Assembly: GCF_006345805.1 (NCBI RefSeq)
Contig: NW_021834283.1
Coordinates: forward strand, 1-64,000
Reading direction: 5' to 3'
From: Octopus sinensis
Taxonomy: Eukaryota
Length of the DNA: 64,000 bases
Positions within the stretch are counted from its first letter, which is position 1; every line of letters starts with the position of its first letter. The notes under the pieces were generated by a model. The model was not told the origin of the DNA, did no database searches, and saw nothing but the letters and a program-made list of their open reading frames with translations. The translations under genes and the position numbers were made by a program. Below, one piece after another: positions 1 through 12,575 of the stretch.

Positions 1-86
1 CTTTGTAGTCAAAACTACTAAAATAAAACAATTGTACCGAATGCAAAGTTTACAATTTGTTTTATTAAGTAATTTTGACTGCAAAG
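1..86. repeat. Imperfect inverted repeat (fold-back), probably the end of a Penelope-like remnant cut by the window edge
   Basis: 1-36 ctttgtagtcaaaactactaaaataaaacaattgta is nearly the reverse complement of 51-86 tacaatttgttttattaagtaattttgactgcaaag; an A-rich then (TA)n tract follows at ~240. Confidence 0.6.
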
Positions 87-267
87 GTCCCTCCTAGCGT
101 GCGGTAACTATGAATAATAGTAACCCTCTATATAATAGAAATAAATATTTTCAAAGTGGAAAATTTCAGATTTTTTTCTCTACGAGGTTTTTCAAGCTAA
201 CTACTGATAATTTCTTATAAAGATTTTATCTTAATTTAAAAAAAAAAATATATATATGTATTATATA

Positions 268-1506
268 TTGTGTCATCCCATAAATAATGCGGATTTTTCA
301 ATTGCATGAACTAAAAGTCGGAATGGGACGGGATAAACTACCTGCATCAACTTGCTATAAAAGCAGGCAGTAATTTTACCTTGTCCTTATTCTTAGTGCA
401 AGTTTTGAAGAGTGCTTTTCGATTTTAACAGTTTTATTTTTTTCAAAGCTATAATGGAAGTGTTAAAGAAGCATATTCGTCATATTTGGCTTTATATGAC
501 TTCAATAAAGGCACAATGCAATGGAAAACGCGAGGAATATTAATGCAGTAAGATGTGGATTGGGCAATAAGCGTAACCAGTGTCAACGGTGGTTCCAGAA
601 ATTTCAAGCCGGAAGCTACAGCCTAAAAGACGAGCCTCATGCTGGAAGATCTGTAGAGCTTGACGAGGAACATCTGCAAAACCCCGTTGGAACAAAATTC
701 CACCGTAACTGTTGAGAGACTACCAGAGAAGCTTGGATTTAGCCATTCAGCCATTCATCGACACCTGCGTGTCATCGGAAAAGTCAGCAAATTGGGTCAA
801 TGGGTTCCTCACAAACTTTCCGAGTCTAATCGCGCGCAGAGAGTGAATGCGCGCTCTTCCTTGCTGTGACGTCTCACGAATGAACTTTTTATGGACCGAA
901 TAGTGACTGGTAACGAGAAACGTCAAGGGCCGAAGACAGTGGGTAGGGAAAAGAGAAATACCGGCACCCAAAGCTGAAGAAGGTCTTCACCCACGTAAGG
1001 TGGGATATGAAAGGTTTAGTCCACTTTGAAGTTTTAAACCCAAACTAAACGATAACAAAGGCGATCTACTACTTAAGTTAGCGCTAGGAGAAAAACAACC
1101 ATCTTTGCTTTCAAGACGAAGGGTGTTATTCCATCAGGATAATGCCCAGTCACGTACAGCGAGGATGACATTCCAAAGGCTGGAGCATTTTGAATGGGAA
1201 ACGATGCCCACCCACCATATTCACCGGACATTGTCCCATATGATTATCTTTTATTTGGCAGTCTTCAAAATCATTTGGACAGGAAAAATATGAATTCTGT
1301 AGACGAGGTCAGAACTATACTGGTGGAGTACTTTTCGTCACAGACAAGGGGAATTTTGGAAGAGGGGCCTTGCAAGTCTACCAGATAGATGGGAAAGCAT
1401 TTTAGGAAATGAAGGAGAGTATATTTTAGATTAAAAAAGGACTTTATTTATCTTGATTTTGAAAAATATAAGCATAAAAAACCACACTATTTATGGGATG
1501 ACCCAA
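268..1506 (+). mobile_element. Full-length (~1.24 kb) decayed mariner transposon
   Basis: ~30-bp TIRs (ttgtgtcatcccataaataatgcgg / ccacactatttatgggatgacccaa), TA on both sides, transposase remnants inside. Confidence 0.93.
454..1434 (+). pseudogene. Mariner transposase pseudogene (frameshifted)
   Basis: Fragments QRWFQKFQAG, LGQWVPHKL (WVPHEL-like), FHQDNA, HPPYSPDIVPYDY (YSPDL-like) and C-terminal GEYILD*, spread over different frames. Confidence 0.9.
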
Positions 1507-1602
1507 TATGTATATGTACATGTATATATATACATACATACCTATATACATACACACACACACACACATACACACACACACACACACACACATATATACA
1601 TA

Positions 1603-1784
1603 CAGGAGTGGCTCTGTGGTAAGTAGCTTGCTTACCAGCCACATGGTTCCGAGTTCTGTCCCACTGCGTGACACCTTGGGCAGGTGTTTTCTACTATAGC
1701 CTCGGGCCGACCAAAGCCTTGTGAGTGGATTTAATAGACGGAAACTGAAAGAAGCCCGTCGTATATATGTATATGTATATATAT

Positions 1785-1823
<39 letters not shown>

Positions 1824-2007
1824 TGTCCCCATCAACATCGCTTGACAACCGATGCTGGTGTGTTTACGTCCCCGTAACTTAGCGGTTCGGCAAAAGACCG
1901 ATAGAATAAGTATTAGGCTTACAAATAATAAGTCCTGAAGTCGATTTGCTCGACTAAAGGCGGTGCTCCAGCAAGGCCGCAGTCAAATGACTGAAACAAG
2001 TAAAAGA
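1603..2007 (+). mobile_element. SINE family A (tRNA head, CORE-like segment, internal (TG)/(TA) microsatellite, CR1-like tail)
   Basis: A box tggctctgtggt, B box gttccgagttc, caccttgggcagg segment, tail cagcaaggccgcagtcaaatgactgaaacaagtaaaaga; about 19 copies or fragments in the window. Confidence 0.9.
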
Positions 2008-2013
2008 TACATA

Positions 2014-2852
2014 CGTTGTCTGATCAATAAATATCCAGACTGCTGCTATAGTAACGAAGCTAAAGCACGCAGAGTAAAACCGCTTGGCACAGATTGACCC
2101 TGAACTCTGCTGTGCACGCGCACTAGGTTTTGATGTTCTAGCTCACTTCCGCTGTTTACAGTAGTGCTTGGAAGGAACGTGTGTCGCGTGTGATCGTCGC
2201 ATTGGTCATGACAGAGAATGTTGAGCAAAGAATCTGCATCAAATTTTGCCAAAAGTTTGGTGATACCGGCAAAGTTTTCAAAAATTTTTTATCGTTCTCA
2301 ATACGATCAATGAAATCTTGTGTAACTGAAACCCGAGTGTCTTTCCGGTCTGCTGAAAGCAGTTTCGGCATTAATTTGGCAGACACGCGTCTCGTACCCA
2401 AATCTTCAGTGATAATGGGGCTGAACTGACCGTAAGTAATCTGCACATCCTCTGATAACTCACGGATGGGGATTCGACGATTCCCCTTTCAGCTGCACGC
2501 ACATCTGCGATGTTTTTTAGTTCTGCCAGAACGTTCGTAAATATCGGCATTTCTCGGCCATCTTGGAAATGTCTGAAACCAGTCATACGCGTGTGTGTGG
2601 CTCTCACACTCCTGCCAAACACTTTCGGCAACTTTGCGTAGGCTCCTGACAACTTCCTTGCATGGTCAAAGCGACGATCACACGCTACACATCTTCCTTC
2701 CAGCACTCTGTAAAAGCCGCAAATGAGCTAGAATGTTAAAACTTAGTGCACATGCACAGCAGAGTTCCACGTCAGTCTTGCCAAGCAGCTTACTCTGCGG
2801 TATTAGCTTCGTTACTATGGCAACAGTCGGGATACTTAGTGATCAGACCTCG
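2014..2852. mobile_element. Non-autonomous mariner derivative built from two inverted 5' ends
   Basis: TA-flanked long inverted termini (cgttgtctgatcaataaatatcc / ggatacttagtgatcagacctcg); transposase N-terminus MTENVEQRICIKFCQK on + and further transposase sequence (RRVSAKLMPKLLS) on -. Confidence 0.8.
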
Positions 2853-3204
2853 TATATCCACACACACACATATATATATATGTATATATATATTATAAAT
2901 ACACACGCAATATAGAATATAATTATATATATATATAATATATATATACACATACATATATATATAAATAAAAACATATACATACATGCATACATATATA
3001 TGCATACACGCACACACACACGTATGTATATATACACACTTCATGCATATGTATAAAGGTAGACACTGTGCAACAATTGATGAATATTCTTATTCATTTC
3101 ACTGGAATAACAATATTCCGACCAAAACACGGCCAGTAAATAAATAGAAAGAAAGAAAGAAAGACAACCGAAAAGTTAAAAAGAGACTAAGGCTACGACA
3201 ACAG

Positions 3205-3448
3205 CAATGGCCGCCGCCGCCACCACCACCCTCCACCACCACCACTACCACCCACCACTACCACCACCACCACCACAACCACCACCACCACCACCACCAC
3301 CACTACCACCACCACCACCACCACCACCACCACCGCCACAACCACCACCACCACCACCACTGTCGCCGCCACCACCACCACTGTCACCGCCACCACCACA
3401 CCACCACCACCACCACCAACCACCACCACCACCCCACCACTACCACCA

Positions 3449-3480
<32 letters not shown>

Positions 3481-4224
3481 ACCACCACCACCACCACAAC
3501 ACAAACAACAACAACAATAACAACAACAACAACAAGTACAGCAACAGCATCATGAGAACCGCAAGAGCATCAACAACAATACCCAATATCTGTACCAAGA
3601 AGAATAAGAACGAGAACAGAAAGAAGAAGGATTTACATTGATGTAAATGGACTTGAATGAGAAGTGGACGACATTTTTGTAGCGCATTTAGGGAATAGTG
3701 GTAAGGGGGTGGAGGAGGAGTGGGGGAAGAGAGGAGGGTGTAGAGAGGCGGCGGGGGGGGAGTAGATCGTCTGATTTGGATGAGACGTTGCCTATATCAA
3801 AGATGGGACGGTCGTCATTACCATCACCATCATAAGCACCGCCACCGCCGCCGCCAACACTACCACCATCACGACGACGATGACGACGACGACCACCACC
3901 ACCACCACCGTCACCACCAATAACAACAACAACAGCAACACAATACAACTACGGCAGCAACAAACAATGGCGGTGAGAAAATAATGATAAATAATAACGA
4001 TAAGATAGTAATAATAATAATACTGGCGATGATGATGATGACGATGATGATGATGATGATGATGACGACGACGACGACAACGACGACGATGACGACGACG
4101 ACAACGACGACGATGACGACGACGATGATGATGGTGGTGGTGATGGTGACGATGATGACGATGATGATGATGATAATGATGATGATGACGACGACGATGA
4201 CGATGACGATGATGATGGTGGTGG

Positions 4225-4257
<33 letters not shown>

Positions 4258-4620
4258 CGATGATGATGATGATGATGACGACGATGATGATGATGATGAT
4301 TTTATTGGACGCAAGGGCTTAAGACATTCAAGACAATATAAAAGGACGAAATACAACACGATAATAATATCAATAGTAGTAGTAGTAGTAGTAGTAGCAG
4401 TAGTAGCAGTAGTAGTAGTAGTCGTAGTAGTAGTATTGTAGTGGTTAGTAGCGTAGTAGTAGTCGGTAGTAGTAGTAGTAGTAGGTAGTAGTAGTAGAGT
4501 AGGTAGGTAGTGGTAGTGGTAGTAGCAGTAGTAGTAGTTAGTAGTAGTAGTAGTAGTAGTTATTATAGTAGTAGTGGTGGTGTAGTGGTAGTATTAGTAG
4601 TAGCGGTAGTAGTAGAAGTG
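3205..4620. repeat. Compound trinucleotide microsatellite island (CCA/CCG/CAA, GAT/GAC, GTA)
   Basis: Read directly; accounts for the poly-P/H/V/M/S ORFs. Confidence 0.95.
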
Positions 4621-5405
4621 GTAGAGCAATCAATAAACAGATTCAAGTAAATGCGTCATTGAACCTATTTAAAATTCTCGAGAGATTTTCAAGTCTCTTC
4701 CAACGATTCTTTTAGGAATGGTCTTTGAAAAATGCTGAAATAATAAGAAACAATTGCATGTCTTCCTCTGTCTATCGTTCCTTCCTTCCTTCCTTCCTTC
4801 CTTTCTTTCTTTCTTTCTTTCTTTCTTTCCTCCCTCCCTCCTTCCTTCCTTCTTTTTTTCCCCCTGTTCTTCCTTCTCTTTTACTTTCTTTCTCCCCTCC
4901 AAATCTTCCCTTTTCCCGCTTTTCTCTCGTTTGTTTAAAATATGCGTGTGCACGCACATACACATACAAACAAACACACATGTATACATACAACCTTACA
5001 TAATACATACACACACCTATATTTCCACACCCACCCCGGTCTCAATTAAACTTTCCCCCACCCCAATACTCATAGCTTTTCCCCCTCTCTTTCTCACTTT
5101 CTTCAATTTCTCTTACTTTCCCCCCTTTGCTCTCACTATTTCACTATTTCTTTCTTACTGAACAATTAGCAATATTATCTACGTCCATTCATATATTAAT
5201 ACGTCGATGTGTATATTCGTATACATAGAGACACACGGGCTCCTGCTCATACACAGCAGCACAAACCTTCCCACTCATTCAATGACCCACTTACTCAATG
5301 ACCCACTCACTCACCCACTACCACTCTCTTTCTCTCTCACACATACATACTTAAATCCTATTTATATAGGCATCTGGAAGTACGATCTTTTTTAATGCCA
5401 TACAA

Positions 5406-5469
<64 letters not shown>

Positions 5470-5486
5470 ATTATATAGTATATATA

Positions 5487-5784
5487 AAAAAATACAAACT
5501 GGGACGAGAACGCAAAACATTTAGAAGACGATACAAAAAACACGGACGGGACATTCGAAGCCTTCAATCTTCAGTCAAGAACTGAATCATCCTCGCAATT
5601 TCGGCTGATTAATCTTGAGATTGCTCCGATCTGACCAGCCCCAAAGGAAAATCTAAGCCAAGCGCATTAGATTCCTTGGACGAAAGCCTCGAATGTATAC
5701 AAAACAAGGACGGAAAAACGGACGATGTTACACGAATAAGAATACAAAAATACATAAAAACAATAATGATAATAACAATAACAA

Positions 5785-5785
<1 letters not shown>
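5487..5785 (-). mobile_element. Penelope-like terminal remnant between (TA)n tracts, same family as 31405-31590 and 32052-32240
   Basis: Its reverse complement matches gcttag...ggggctgg...ggagcaat...gattaatcagccgaaatt...ctgactgaagatt.aaggcttcgaatg at 31415-31530; flanked by (TA)n. The PLE assignment is inference. Confidence 0.55.
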
Positions 5786-5829
<44 letters not shown>

Positions 5830-5876
5830 TAAATGAAAGAATGGAGTCGAACGACGATTTAACAAAATTCCTTTAT

Positions 5877-5957
5877 TCTCGACATATGTTTCGAAGACTG
5901 CATATTCTTAATTCCGAAGGAATAAAGGGTGCATTATGCCGCCTTCTCATCAGGAAA
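5877..5957 (-). ncRNA. Type I hammerhead ribozyme (canonical core)
   Basis: Minus strand: uuuc-CUGAUGA-gaaggcggcaua...uaugcagucuuc-GAAA-cauaug-UC-gaga; stem I uuuc/gaga, ~12-bp stem II, palindromic stem III, GUC cleavage triplet. Confidence 0.8.
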
Positions 5958-6242
5958 GACAAGGAACTTATGTCAGCATCATGACGAACAAAAACTCTTA
6001 GATGACTGCCCACACGGAGTCCATAGTGAGTCCATGTAGCTTCAACCGTGCTTTCTGACGTAAATTTGCTACCCGGGTATCGGTTAACCGAATTATCCAT
6101 ACTAGGATAATTCATTCAACTACTTAAACACACACACACACACACCACACAAACACCCCACAACACACACACACCACACACACACCACACACACGCACAC
6201 ACACACACACGCACACACACACATATATATATATGTATATAT

Positions 6243-6830
6243 ATCAGTTTAGTAAGTAAGTTCTTGGACACTTTTAACATATCACTTTATTAACAATTGA
6301 AAAAAACACCAACAAAGAACAATCAATCCAAAAGGTAATCATCCTCGTTATCGATCACCTTTTGCCAGAAATCGAGTGGTTTTGAATCAATAAAGTCGTA
6401 AAGGAATGATTTCACATCTTCTTCGTTTTCGAACTCTGTATCGCCAATCGCGCGTTGCAAGGCAGAGAATAAGTGATAGTCAGAAGGGGCAAGGTCAGGA
6501 GATTACAGTGGGTGCACCATAATCTCCCAGCCCACCTCCTTCAGCTTCTCTGACGTCTTCTTTGCACGATGTTCTGGCGCATTGTCTTGTTGGTAAATTA
6601 TCTTCTTCAAATTTGAGCATTTTTCGGCCAGTGCGACCTTTAGATGGTCGATTTGTTCGCAGTAGACATCCTTGACATCGGTGGTATTGCGTGGGAGAAG
6701 ATGAAACATGATCACACCCCGGCAATCCTACCAAACTGAGATCATAACCTTCTTTTGCACAAGCGGTCCTTTTGGTGAATGTTTTGGCTGTTGATCTTTG
6801 CTACACCAGGATCATCTGCGATGCTACTCT
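6243..6830 (-). mobile_element. Mariner 3' half (transposase C-terminus and one TIR)
   Basis: ORF 6503-6715 contains IIYQQDNAPEH...GWEIMVHPL, followed on the minus strand by sequence reading SPDLAPSDYHLF. Confidence 0.85.
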
Positions 6831-6889
6831 AGGCTATAACGTACTATAACGTATGCTAATATATAATGATACCCCACTGTAAACGCTTA

Positions 6890-7092
6890 GATAGTGGCAA
6901 GCTAGCATAATCGCTAGCATGTCGGACAAAAAGCTTAACACTATTTCTTGCAGTGCTTTACGTTTCGGGTTCAAATTACACCAAGATCAACTTTGCCTTC
7001 CTCATCCTTTCGTGGTCAATAAAATAAAGTACCAGCCAAGTATGAGGTCGATGTAATCGACTTGTCCCATCTCCTCAGATTTGCTGGCCTTG
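6890..7092 (+). mobile_element. Old SINE family B copy (tail type 2)
   Basis: ggttcaaatt B box and ctttgccttc..atcctttcg.ggtc.ataaaa..aagtaccag central domain. Confidence 0.7.
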
Positions 7093-7244
7093 AACATTGC
7101 AACGAATCGGCGTCTCGTCCAGGGTCAATGTTGTGGTCTTGGTCACTTGTGCGCCATGGTAACCATGAAACCGACCTTATGAATCCTAGGGCTAAACAAA
7201 TGCTATTACAATATACTACTATAAACTATTAAAGAGTAAAGGAT

Positions 7245-7575
7245 AAAGACACCCTTTGGTCATGAATGACCATGGGATTGCACCAAGAAAGTCCCCCCCC
7301 TCGAGGCACAAGTCCAGGCAAATTTGTTTATGGAAGACCAGCAGCCGCCCATGCATACCAGCCTCCTCTCTCTACGCCACCAATGTTGTCCAAGGGAAAG
7401 GCAAAGGCCGATACAGCTTAGCACCAGTGATGTCGCAACTCATTTCTACAGCTGAGTGAACTGGAGCAACGTGAAATAAAGTGTCTTGCTCAAGAACACA
7501 ACACGCAACCCGGTCCGGGAATCGAACTCACTACTTCATGATTGTAAGTCCGACGCTCTAACAACTGACCCATGC
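7245..7575 (-). mobile_element. tRNA-derived SINE (family D)
   Basis: Minus-strand tRNA-like head (gtcagttgttagagcgtcggac...gagttcgattccc) followed by gtgttgtgttcttgagcaagacacttt. Confidence 0.75.
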
Positions 7576-7644
7576 TATTACACACTATTGTATTTACTAT
7601 GTTATATGCAGCTATAGTCATTTTTATATTGTTATGTATTATAT

Positions 7645-7950
7645 GTGGCCCTTTTCAAGCCTAGCCAGGCTCATGGGTCCGGTTTCCCGGTTTCTGTGGT
7701 GTATGTGTTTCCCCCAGCTGGACGGGACGCCAGTCCATCGCAGCATTACTCAAGAAACAGGAAGAGAGAGTGAGAGAAAGTTGTGGCGAAAGAGTACAAC
7801 AGGAGTCGCCACCACCCCCTGCCGGAGCCTCGTGGAGCTTTTAGGTACTTTCGCTCAATAAACACACACAAAGCCCGGTCTCGGAATCGAAACCGCGATC
7901 CTCCGACAGCGAGTCTGCTGCCCTAACCACTGGGCCATTGCGCCTCCACT
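7645..7950 (-). mobile_element. SINE family C (tRNA-Arg-like head), tail beta
   Basis: Head gtggaggcgcaatggcccagtggttagggcagcagactcgc...gtttcgattccg; body gctccacgaggctccggc...ccacaactttctctcactct. Confidence 0.85.
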
Positions 7951-8291
7951 TATGTATTATGTACTATTATATAATGTTTTATGTGACTCAGTCCTATTGA
8001 TATCCAAATTTTATTGATTGCAATTTAATAAGAACATCCTACACCCACAACATTGCGGTGCACATACTTAGACGCATTCATACGCGCACAATCGGATGTA
8101 TACATGCACCTATACACACACATATACATGCACGTACTCACATACGTGTGTGTGTGAGTGTGTGGGCACGAGTCTATGACATACAGTATATTATATACAT
8201 AGTCATACACACATGCATATACATACATACATACATGTATAATTTGGTCAACAGAGACCAAAGTGGATGTAAGTACAAGGCCTTACAAATG

Positions 8292-8324
<33 letters not shown>

Positions 8325-8530
8325 TACATACAAGCATAGATATATGCATACATTCATGCGTGCATGCGTGCATGCATACATGCATACGTTTTACCTCAGC
8401 ATTACTTTGATGGCGTGTACTGCTCTCTCATTCAATAAAAATAATAACGAAAATACATATGCGCATACGCCATGATAGATCGTTAGCTCCTACACGCATT
8501 TTTTTCTGTCCTTGTTTTTTTTTCTGTGTA

Positions 8531-8568
8531 TCTTTCTGTCGAAGAGCGTAGGCTCGAAACGTAAAAGA
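8531..8568 (+). ncRNA. Minimal hammerhead-like motif with an A6U core variant, inside a Penelope-like remnant (~8478-8668)
   Basis: ucuuu-CUGUCGA-a-gagc(guag)gcuc-GAAA-cg-UA-aaaga; homologue at 61822-61858. Confidence 0.6.
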
Positions 8569-8666
8569 CTTTTTTCTATTTCTATTCCTGAGCGCTATAC
8601 TAATACATTTATTTGTATGTACTCCACCTGCCTTCGTCTTTTGTTTATTTTCGTCAACTTTCCCGT

Positions 8667-8726
<60 letters not shown>

Positions 8727-9409
8727 TACATACATACATATATATATGTATATAAATACATACGTATACATGCGCGTATATATATATATATATACGCACA
8801 CACACACATACATACATACATACATACATACATACATACATACATACATACATACATACATACATACATACATACATACATACATGCATTCCTACGTACA
8901 TACAGGCGAGCAAATGCATGCATTCACTGTTAGTGATTTCCTTACCATTCTTCTGTTTAGTTGTAAAAGAGCGACCAGGAAGAACGTAATTAAAATAACG
9001 ACGTTAATATGGCGTATTCTCTTTGAAGACGCTGACCAAATGAACGAAACGAGATTAGAATAACCACATTATTGGTAGAATGTCTTCAAAATAGATTGTC
9101 TGAACTGTTGATAGGAGAACACGATAAACTTCCCTCACAGTGTATTCCAAAAGTTTCTCTTATTAGCGCCTGGTCGGCTTCTAAAGATAGCATTATAACT
9201 AACTAACTATGTTTCAGTGTGTCGGATAGGTTGACCTTGCTGTTAGTTGATATACTCTCCAACCAGCCTCTTCCCGCCCCAAAAATACAAAGCAAAAAAC
9301 AAAAGCCACAAAAATAAGAAAAATAAAAAACAAGCGAAAAAAAGCCAACATCTGTCAAGAGCTAAAGATTCGATTATCGATTCGATTCTGATATTTGTAG
9401 AATATATCT

Positions 9410-10362
9410 TTTATCTTTTATCATTTAATTTGTTTCAGTCACTGGTCTGCGGCCATGCTGGGGCACCGATTTGAAAAGTTGTAGTCGAAGAAATCGAAAC
9501 CAGTAATAATGTTTTCTTTCTTTTGTTTGTTTGTTGAAGTTTGGTTCTTATTCTATCGGTGTCAGTCTGTTTTGTCGAACCGCCTGGTTTAAGGGACGTA
9601 AACAAACCAGTATTTGTTGTCAAGCGGTGTATGTGTGTGTGTGTGAGCGTGCGTGTGTATGTATGCGTACGTGTTTGGATGTGTGTATGTGTAACAAACA
9701 CAAACACCTGACCGCATACACTTTCTCTCTCTCTCAAACACACACGCACACAAGCACATACATATACACAATCGGCTTCTACTCAGTTTCTTATTTCTTT
9801 ATTGCCCACAAGGGGCTAAACATAGAAGGGACAAACAAGAACAGACAAGGGGATTAAGTCGATTACATCGACCCCAGTGCGAAACTGGTACTTAATTTAT
9901 CAACTCCGTAAGGATGAAAGGCAAAGTCGACCTCGGCGGAATTTGAACTAAGAACGTAGCGGCAGACGAAATACCTATTTCTTTACTACCCACAAGGGGC
10001 CAAACACGGAGAGGATAAACAAGGACAGACAAACGGATTAAGTCGATTATATCGATCCCAGTGCGTAACTGGTACTTAATTTATCGACCCCGAAAGGATG
10101 AAAGACAAAGTCGACCTCGGCGGAATTTGAACTCAGAACGTGGCGGCAGACGAAATACCGCTAAGCATTTCACCCGGCGTGGGTAACGTTTTTGCCAGCT
10201 TGCCGCCTTCTACACAGTTTCTGTCAATCAAATTCAATCACAAGGCATATGTCGGTCCGGGACAAATATAGAAGACAGTTGACCAAGACGCTGCGCTGCG
10301 CTGTCGAACTGAAATCGATCCTACGTGGTTTGTAAAGCGAGCTTCTTAACTGCACAGGCATC
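9410..10362 (-). mobile_element. SINE A interrupted by a SINE B dimer
   Basis: A tail near 9410-9475 and A head near 10260-10362; target duplication ttctac.cagtttc either side of the insert. Confidence 0.8.
9790..10208 (-). mobile_element. SINE family B dimer (tRNA head, Meta/Nin-like central domain, Tx1-like tail)
   Basis: Two tandem gtcgactttgcctttcatcctttcggggtcgataaattaagtaccag units under one head (ggcggcaagctggcaaaaacgtt). Confidence 0.88.
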
Positions 10363-10519
10363 TCAGAGTTGTTTCTTTAAAACTAACCCCATCATCCCTC
10401 TCCTTGAGTATCCCATTCCGTCTGTCTGTCTGCCTCTCTTTCTTTCTCTATTTGTATCCCATTCTCTCATTCTTACACGATTGCTTTTTGTTAAAACACT
10501 AATTCTGTCACATTATTGT

Positions 10520-10806
10520 TGTTTGTTCCTTCTCAAGCCATGCCTGGCTCATAGGGCGGGTTTTCCGGTTTCCTTCGCGTATAGGTTCCCCATCTGGACG
10601 AGACACCGGTCCGTCGCAGGTGAGCTGCAAGGTGCAGGAGGAAAGAGTGAGAGAAAGTTGTGGCGAAAGAGTCAGCAGAAGTTCGCCATTACCTTCTGCC
10701 AGAGCTCGTAGAGCTTAGGTGTTTCGCTCATAAACACACACATCGCCCGGTCTGAAATTCGAACCAGCGAGTCCGCTGCTCTAACCATTAGGCCATGTGC
10801 CTTCAC
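10520..10806 (-). mobile_element. SINE C, tail beta
   Basis: Same head and body as 48250-48540. Confidence 0.8.
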
Positions 10807-11324
10807 TCTGTCACATTAAGTTAACAACATACCATTACTAATTCTGCCTTTGTTATCTCCCCCTATTACTCACTCTTCCTCTTTGATTTCTCCTATTGCT
10901 ATCTTAATGGATTTCATAAATTTAGAATGATGAGTTCATCTGCCGTGTAAATAGATGAGACAACACTGTTGTCTTGGGAAAACCATTTCTTCAGCAGAGA
11001 AGAAATAAAATAGATACATATATAAACAAACAAAAAAGAAAAAGAAAAAGAAAAATATATTTTTTCTGCCAATGAAGGGTTTTGCTCTCCAAGGCATAAG
11101 AATTTATGCCAAATTTATGATTTTTACTGACACAGGTAACCACTAGTTTCTTCGGGTTATTGGCATTTTTTTTGTTTTCTGTCTTTATAGCTTTCATTTT
11201 CAGAAAACAAAACTCCGCCCCCTCCTCCTCCTCGTCGTCCTGCTGCTGCTACTACTACTACTACTCCATAATTGAATAAATGAGACAAATTCCATTTTTC
11301 GTCTTTCTAATAGCCGTATCGTGG

Positions 11325-11692
11325 CACTCCGTCGGTTACGACGACGAGGGTTACAGTTGATCCGATCAACGGAACAGCCTGCTCGTGGAATTAACGTGCA
11401 AGTGGCTGAGTACTCCACAGACACGTGTACCCTTAACGTAGTTCTCGGGGAGATTCAGCGTGACACAAGGCTGGTCCTTTGAAATACGAGTACAACAGAA
11501 ACAGGAAGAAAGTGTGAGAGAAAGTTGTGGTGAAAGAGTACAGCAGGGTTCGCCATCACCCCCTGTCGGAGCCTCGTGGAGCTTTAGGCGTTTTCGCTCA
11601 ATAAATATTCACAACGCCCGGTCTGGGAATTGAAACCACGATCCTACGTCCGCGAGTCAACTGCCCTAACCACTGGGCCATTGCGCCTCCGC
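11325..11692 (-). mobile_element. SINE C, tail alpha
   Basis: Tail cactccgtcggttacgacgacgagggtt shared with 29940 and 39152. Confidence 0.88.
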
Positions 11693-11929
11693 AATAACCT
11701 TGTCTTCGGAATAAAGAAAAATAAGAAACAAACAAAGAGCAAAAAAAACTTTAGATAAATACGTGTACTGAATATATGATGTTGTAACGGCGACGGATTG
11801 GCAAGATTGACAGAGCAGAGAACAAAATACCTTGTGGTGCTTATGACAGTTCTTTATATGTTGAGTTCCCGTGATGTCAAGCTGTATCGGCTCTTGTCCT
11901 TTTCGTGGAGAATATCGGTGGTTTGGCGC

Positions 11930-12290
11930 GGGGAAAACTGCTACGTGCGAAAGTCTTCAGTTAAAAAAAATACCCCAAATTGCTACTTCTGCACTCTACA
12001 GAGTATAATTCAAGTTGTAGATACAAAGCCGGCTCTGACTGATGGAGAAATAAAAAGAAATCGAAGCTGAAACGGCTTACTGCTATAAAACTTTACACAC
12101 GCCTGTGACATAAGGCATCGTGTAGAGTTTATACGATGGTTGACGGAAAGCTATTCTTCGTGCAAGAAAAGCATTGCTGGATCTTTTACGATATCCATGG
12201 ACGAATTTTGGCAAATCTTATTGTAGGTGAATCTAGTGAAGCTAGAACTAACATCTCCACCACAGAAGTACAACTGTAACTAATGTTATG
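11930..12290 (+). pseudogene. Highly decayed Tc1/mariner-like transposase fragment
   Basis: tataattcaagttgtagatacaaagccggctctgactgatggaga...aagaaatcga resembles the YKIQLVQxLxxxDxxxR segment of Tc1-like transposases; the match is weak. Confidence 0.3.
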
Positions 12291-12354
12291 TTTTTCTTGC
12301 TAAAATTTAGTTATATTCACGATGACAATGTCGGGCTACAAATCATTGCCCTTT

Positions 12355-12516
12355 CAGGAGGCGTGGCTGTGTGGTAAGTAGTTTACTTCATAACCACATG
12401 GTTCCGGGTTCAATCCGACTGCGTAGCACCTTGGGAGGGTGTCTTCTATTATAGCTTCGAGCCGACCGAAAGCCTTGTGAGTGGATTTGGTAAATGGAAA
12501 CTGAAAGAAACCTACC

Positions 12517-12575
<59 letters not shown>

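Noticed and set aside
95-115. gcggtaactatga, resembling 28S rRNA near the R2 site (also tctcttaagg at ~47041)
   Set aside because: Matches of 10-13 nt only; the flanks are not rRNA.
3193-4359. Poly-Pro/His/Val/Met/Ser ORFs
   Set aside because: Translations of trinucleotide microsatellites with no domain content or splice support.
5595-5650. Possible hammerhead in the 5487/31405 family (ggctg...cagcc-GAAA)
   Set aside because: No CUGANGA before the hairpin and no UH triplet.
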